A stretch of 37,983 bases of DNA, from positions 1 to 37,983 of the forward strand of contig ADNK01003344.1 of NCBI GenBank assembly GCA_000320545.1, in the 5' to 3' direction. Source of the stretch: Bigelowiella natans CCMP2755. Taxonomy: Eukaryota > Protista > Cercozoa. Position 1 is the first letter of the stretch; each line of letters starts with the position of its first letter. Both the position numbers and the translations under genes were made by a program. The notes beneath the pieces are model-generated. The model saw only the letters and a program-made list of their open reading frames with translations. It ran no database searches and was not told the origin of the DNA. Positions 37,269 to 37,983 of the stretch are shown here, one piece after another.

Positions 37269-37426
37269 TTCGGGAATCTTCGAGAAGCTTCGAGAATCTT
37301 CCAGAAGCTTCGAGAACATTCCGGAAGATTCGAGAATCTTCCAGAATCTTCGAGAGCATTCCGGAAGCTTCGAGAATCTTCCAGAGAATTCGAGAGAATT
37401 CTGGAAGATTCGAGAATCTTCGCGAA
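37269..37426. promoter_or_regulatory. Array of heat-shock-element pentamers (alternating nTTCn/nGAAn) in the LTR
   Basis: 15 consecutive 10-mers CNNGA(A/G)NNTT (37271-37420) plus a final GAA give 16 TTC and 16 GAA positions at exact 5-bp spacing; 3 of the GAA positions read GAG. Confidence 0.7.
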
Positions 37427-37575
37427 TGCGCCGGAACCCAATGCGCACATGCATGCAGCGCAAGTCACAAGTCATCAACACAATTCAAACGCACACAGGA
37501 CCGCGTGTTGACACTCAGTGACATCAGCACAGTCCCGCGCACAAAAGCTAAGCAGCTACCGCAAGCCCTCTAAAA

Positions 37576-37586
37576 GGTTATGAGCC
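37576..37586 (+). other. Primer-binding site complementary to the anticodon arm of initiator tRNA-Met (half-tRNA priming)
   Basis: GGTTATGAGCC is the reverse complement of GGCTCATAACC in tRNAi-Met; same PBS type as yeast Ty5 and Drosophila copia. Confidence 0.85.
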
Positions 37587-37745
37587 TCAAGAGGACTTGC
37601 AAAAGAACCAAGCAAACCCCCCACCCCCCCCCTTCAGCTACATCCTTCCAGAAGAAGGAACTGAAAGCGACAACAGCATTCCCTCAGCCAATCTTCGGTC
37701 AAGCCTCCAAAGCACTGAAAACAAAGAAAACAGGAACGAAACAAC

Positions 37746-37983
37746 ATGTCAGAAAAGCAGATAGACTCCCTGCTGAAAAACTTCACCCTCAAGTACGATG
37801 GTAGCAACTACAAGCCCTACATGTACAAGCTAATGTCTGCCTTTGAAGCAGCGGATTTGGAATCATGCTTCAATGTCAACATAGAAATAGAAGGAAAGGT
37901 GACAGAAGTCAATGTACGCACCGACCCCGCTCACCGACGAGAGTACTCAAGCTATCCCCGGAGCAATTCGATATCTCAATCCC
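37746..37983 (+). CDS. gag: Copia-type Gag N-terminus (runs off the window)
   Basis: MSEKQIDSLLKNFTLKYDGSNYKPYMYKLMSAFEAADLESCF... is open to the window end; K.dG.NY....M...L resembles the copia Gag N-terminal motif. Confidence 0.65.
   Translation, partial: MSEKQIDSLLKNFTLKYDGSNYKPYMYKLMSAFEAADLESCFNVNIEIEGKVTEVNVRTDPAHRREYSSYPRSNSISQS

Larger units (their letters stand above)
37154..37983 (+). mobile_element. Ty1/copia LTR retrotransposon, 5' portion (putative 5' LTR ~37154-37575, PBS, start of gag)
   Basis: TGTTA at 37154 and TAAAA at 37571-37575 (one mismatch from a TAACA terminus), followed directly by PBS GGTTATGAGCC and then a copia-gag-like ORF. No introns or microsatellites, unlike host genes. 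The left boundary is uncertain without the 3' LTR. Confidence 0.8.

Noticed and set aside
37136-37573. Four overlapping ORFs with ESSR/FEN repeats
   Set aside because: They arise from the stop-free, quasi-palindromic 10-bp array inside the LTR
37580-37804. 74-aa ORF starting inside the PBS as gag
   Set aside because: No gag motif; the gag-like motif is in the different frame starting at 37746

Overview
Eukaryotic nuclear DNA that is very rich in introns and microsatellites. Nearly all ORFs in the supplied track are microsatellite artefacts. Splicing by hand at GT..AG junctions with consistent phases gives seven protein genes in strictly alternating orientation: RMC1/Mic1 (+, 5'-truncated); a chlamydial-type queuine tRNA-ribosyltransferase with a ~330-aa N-terminal extension (-); a SPOC-domain protein (+); a small secreted 8-Cys saposin-like protein (-); an uncharacterised His-rich polytopic membrane protein (+); NADPH-cytochrome P450 reductase (-); and a signal-peptide-bearing NudC/CS-domain co-chaperone (+). 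A solitary 5S rRNA gene sits in the divergent gap between the last two. The window ends in the 5' end of a Ty1/copia LTR retrotransposon whose LTR carries about 32 in-phase nGAAn/nTTCn heat-shock-element pentamers and whose PBS is of the half-tRNAi-Met type. Bipartite-looking leaders and an LRGG motif suggest an alga with a complex plastid (chlorarachniophyte-like); this is an inference only. The most notable signals are the HSE-array LTR, complementary microsatellite pairs at the ends of introns with weak splice signals, a TGT lacking its Zn-binding cysteines, an unknown His-motif membrane protein next to CPR, and a distinct purine/pyrimidine-alternating sequence class in every convergent intergenic gap. 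Exon boundaries were read by eye and need RNA-seq confirmation.
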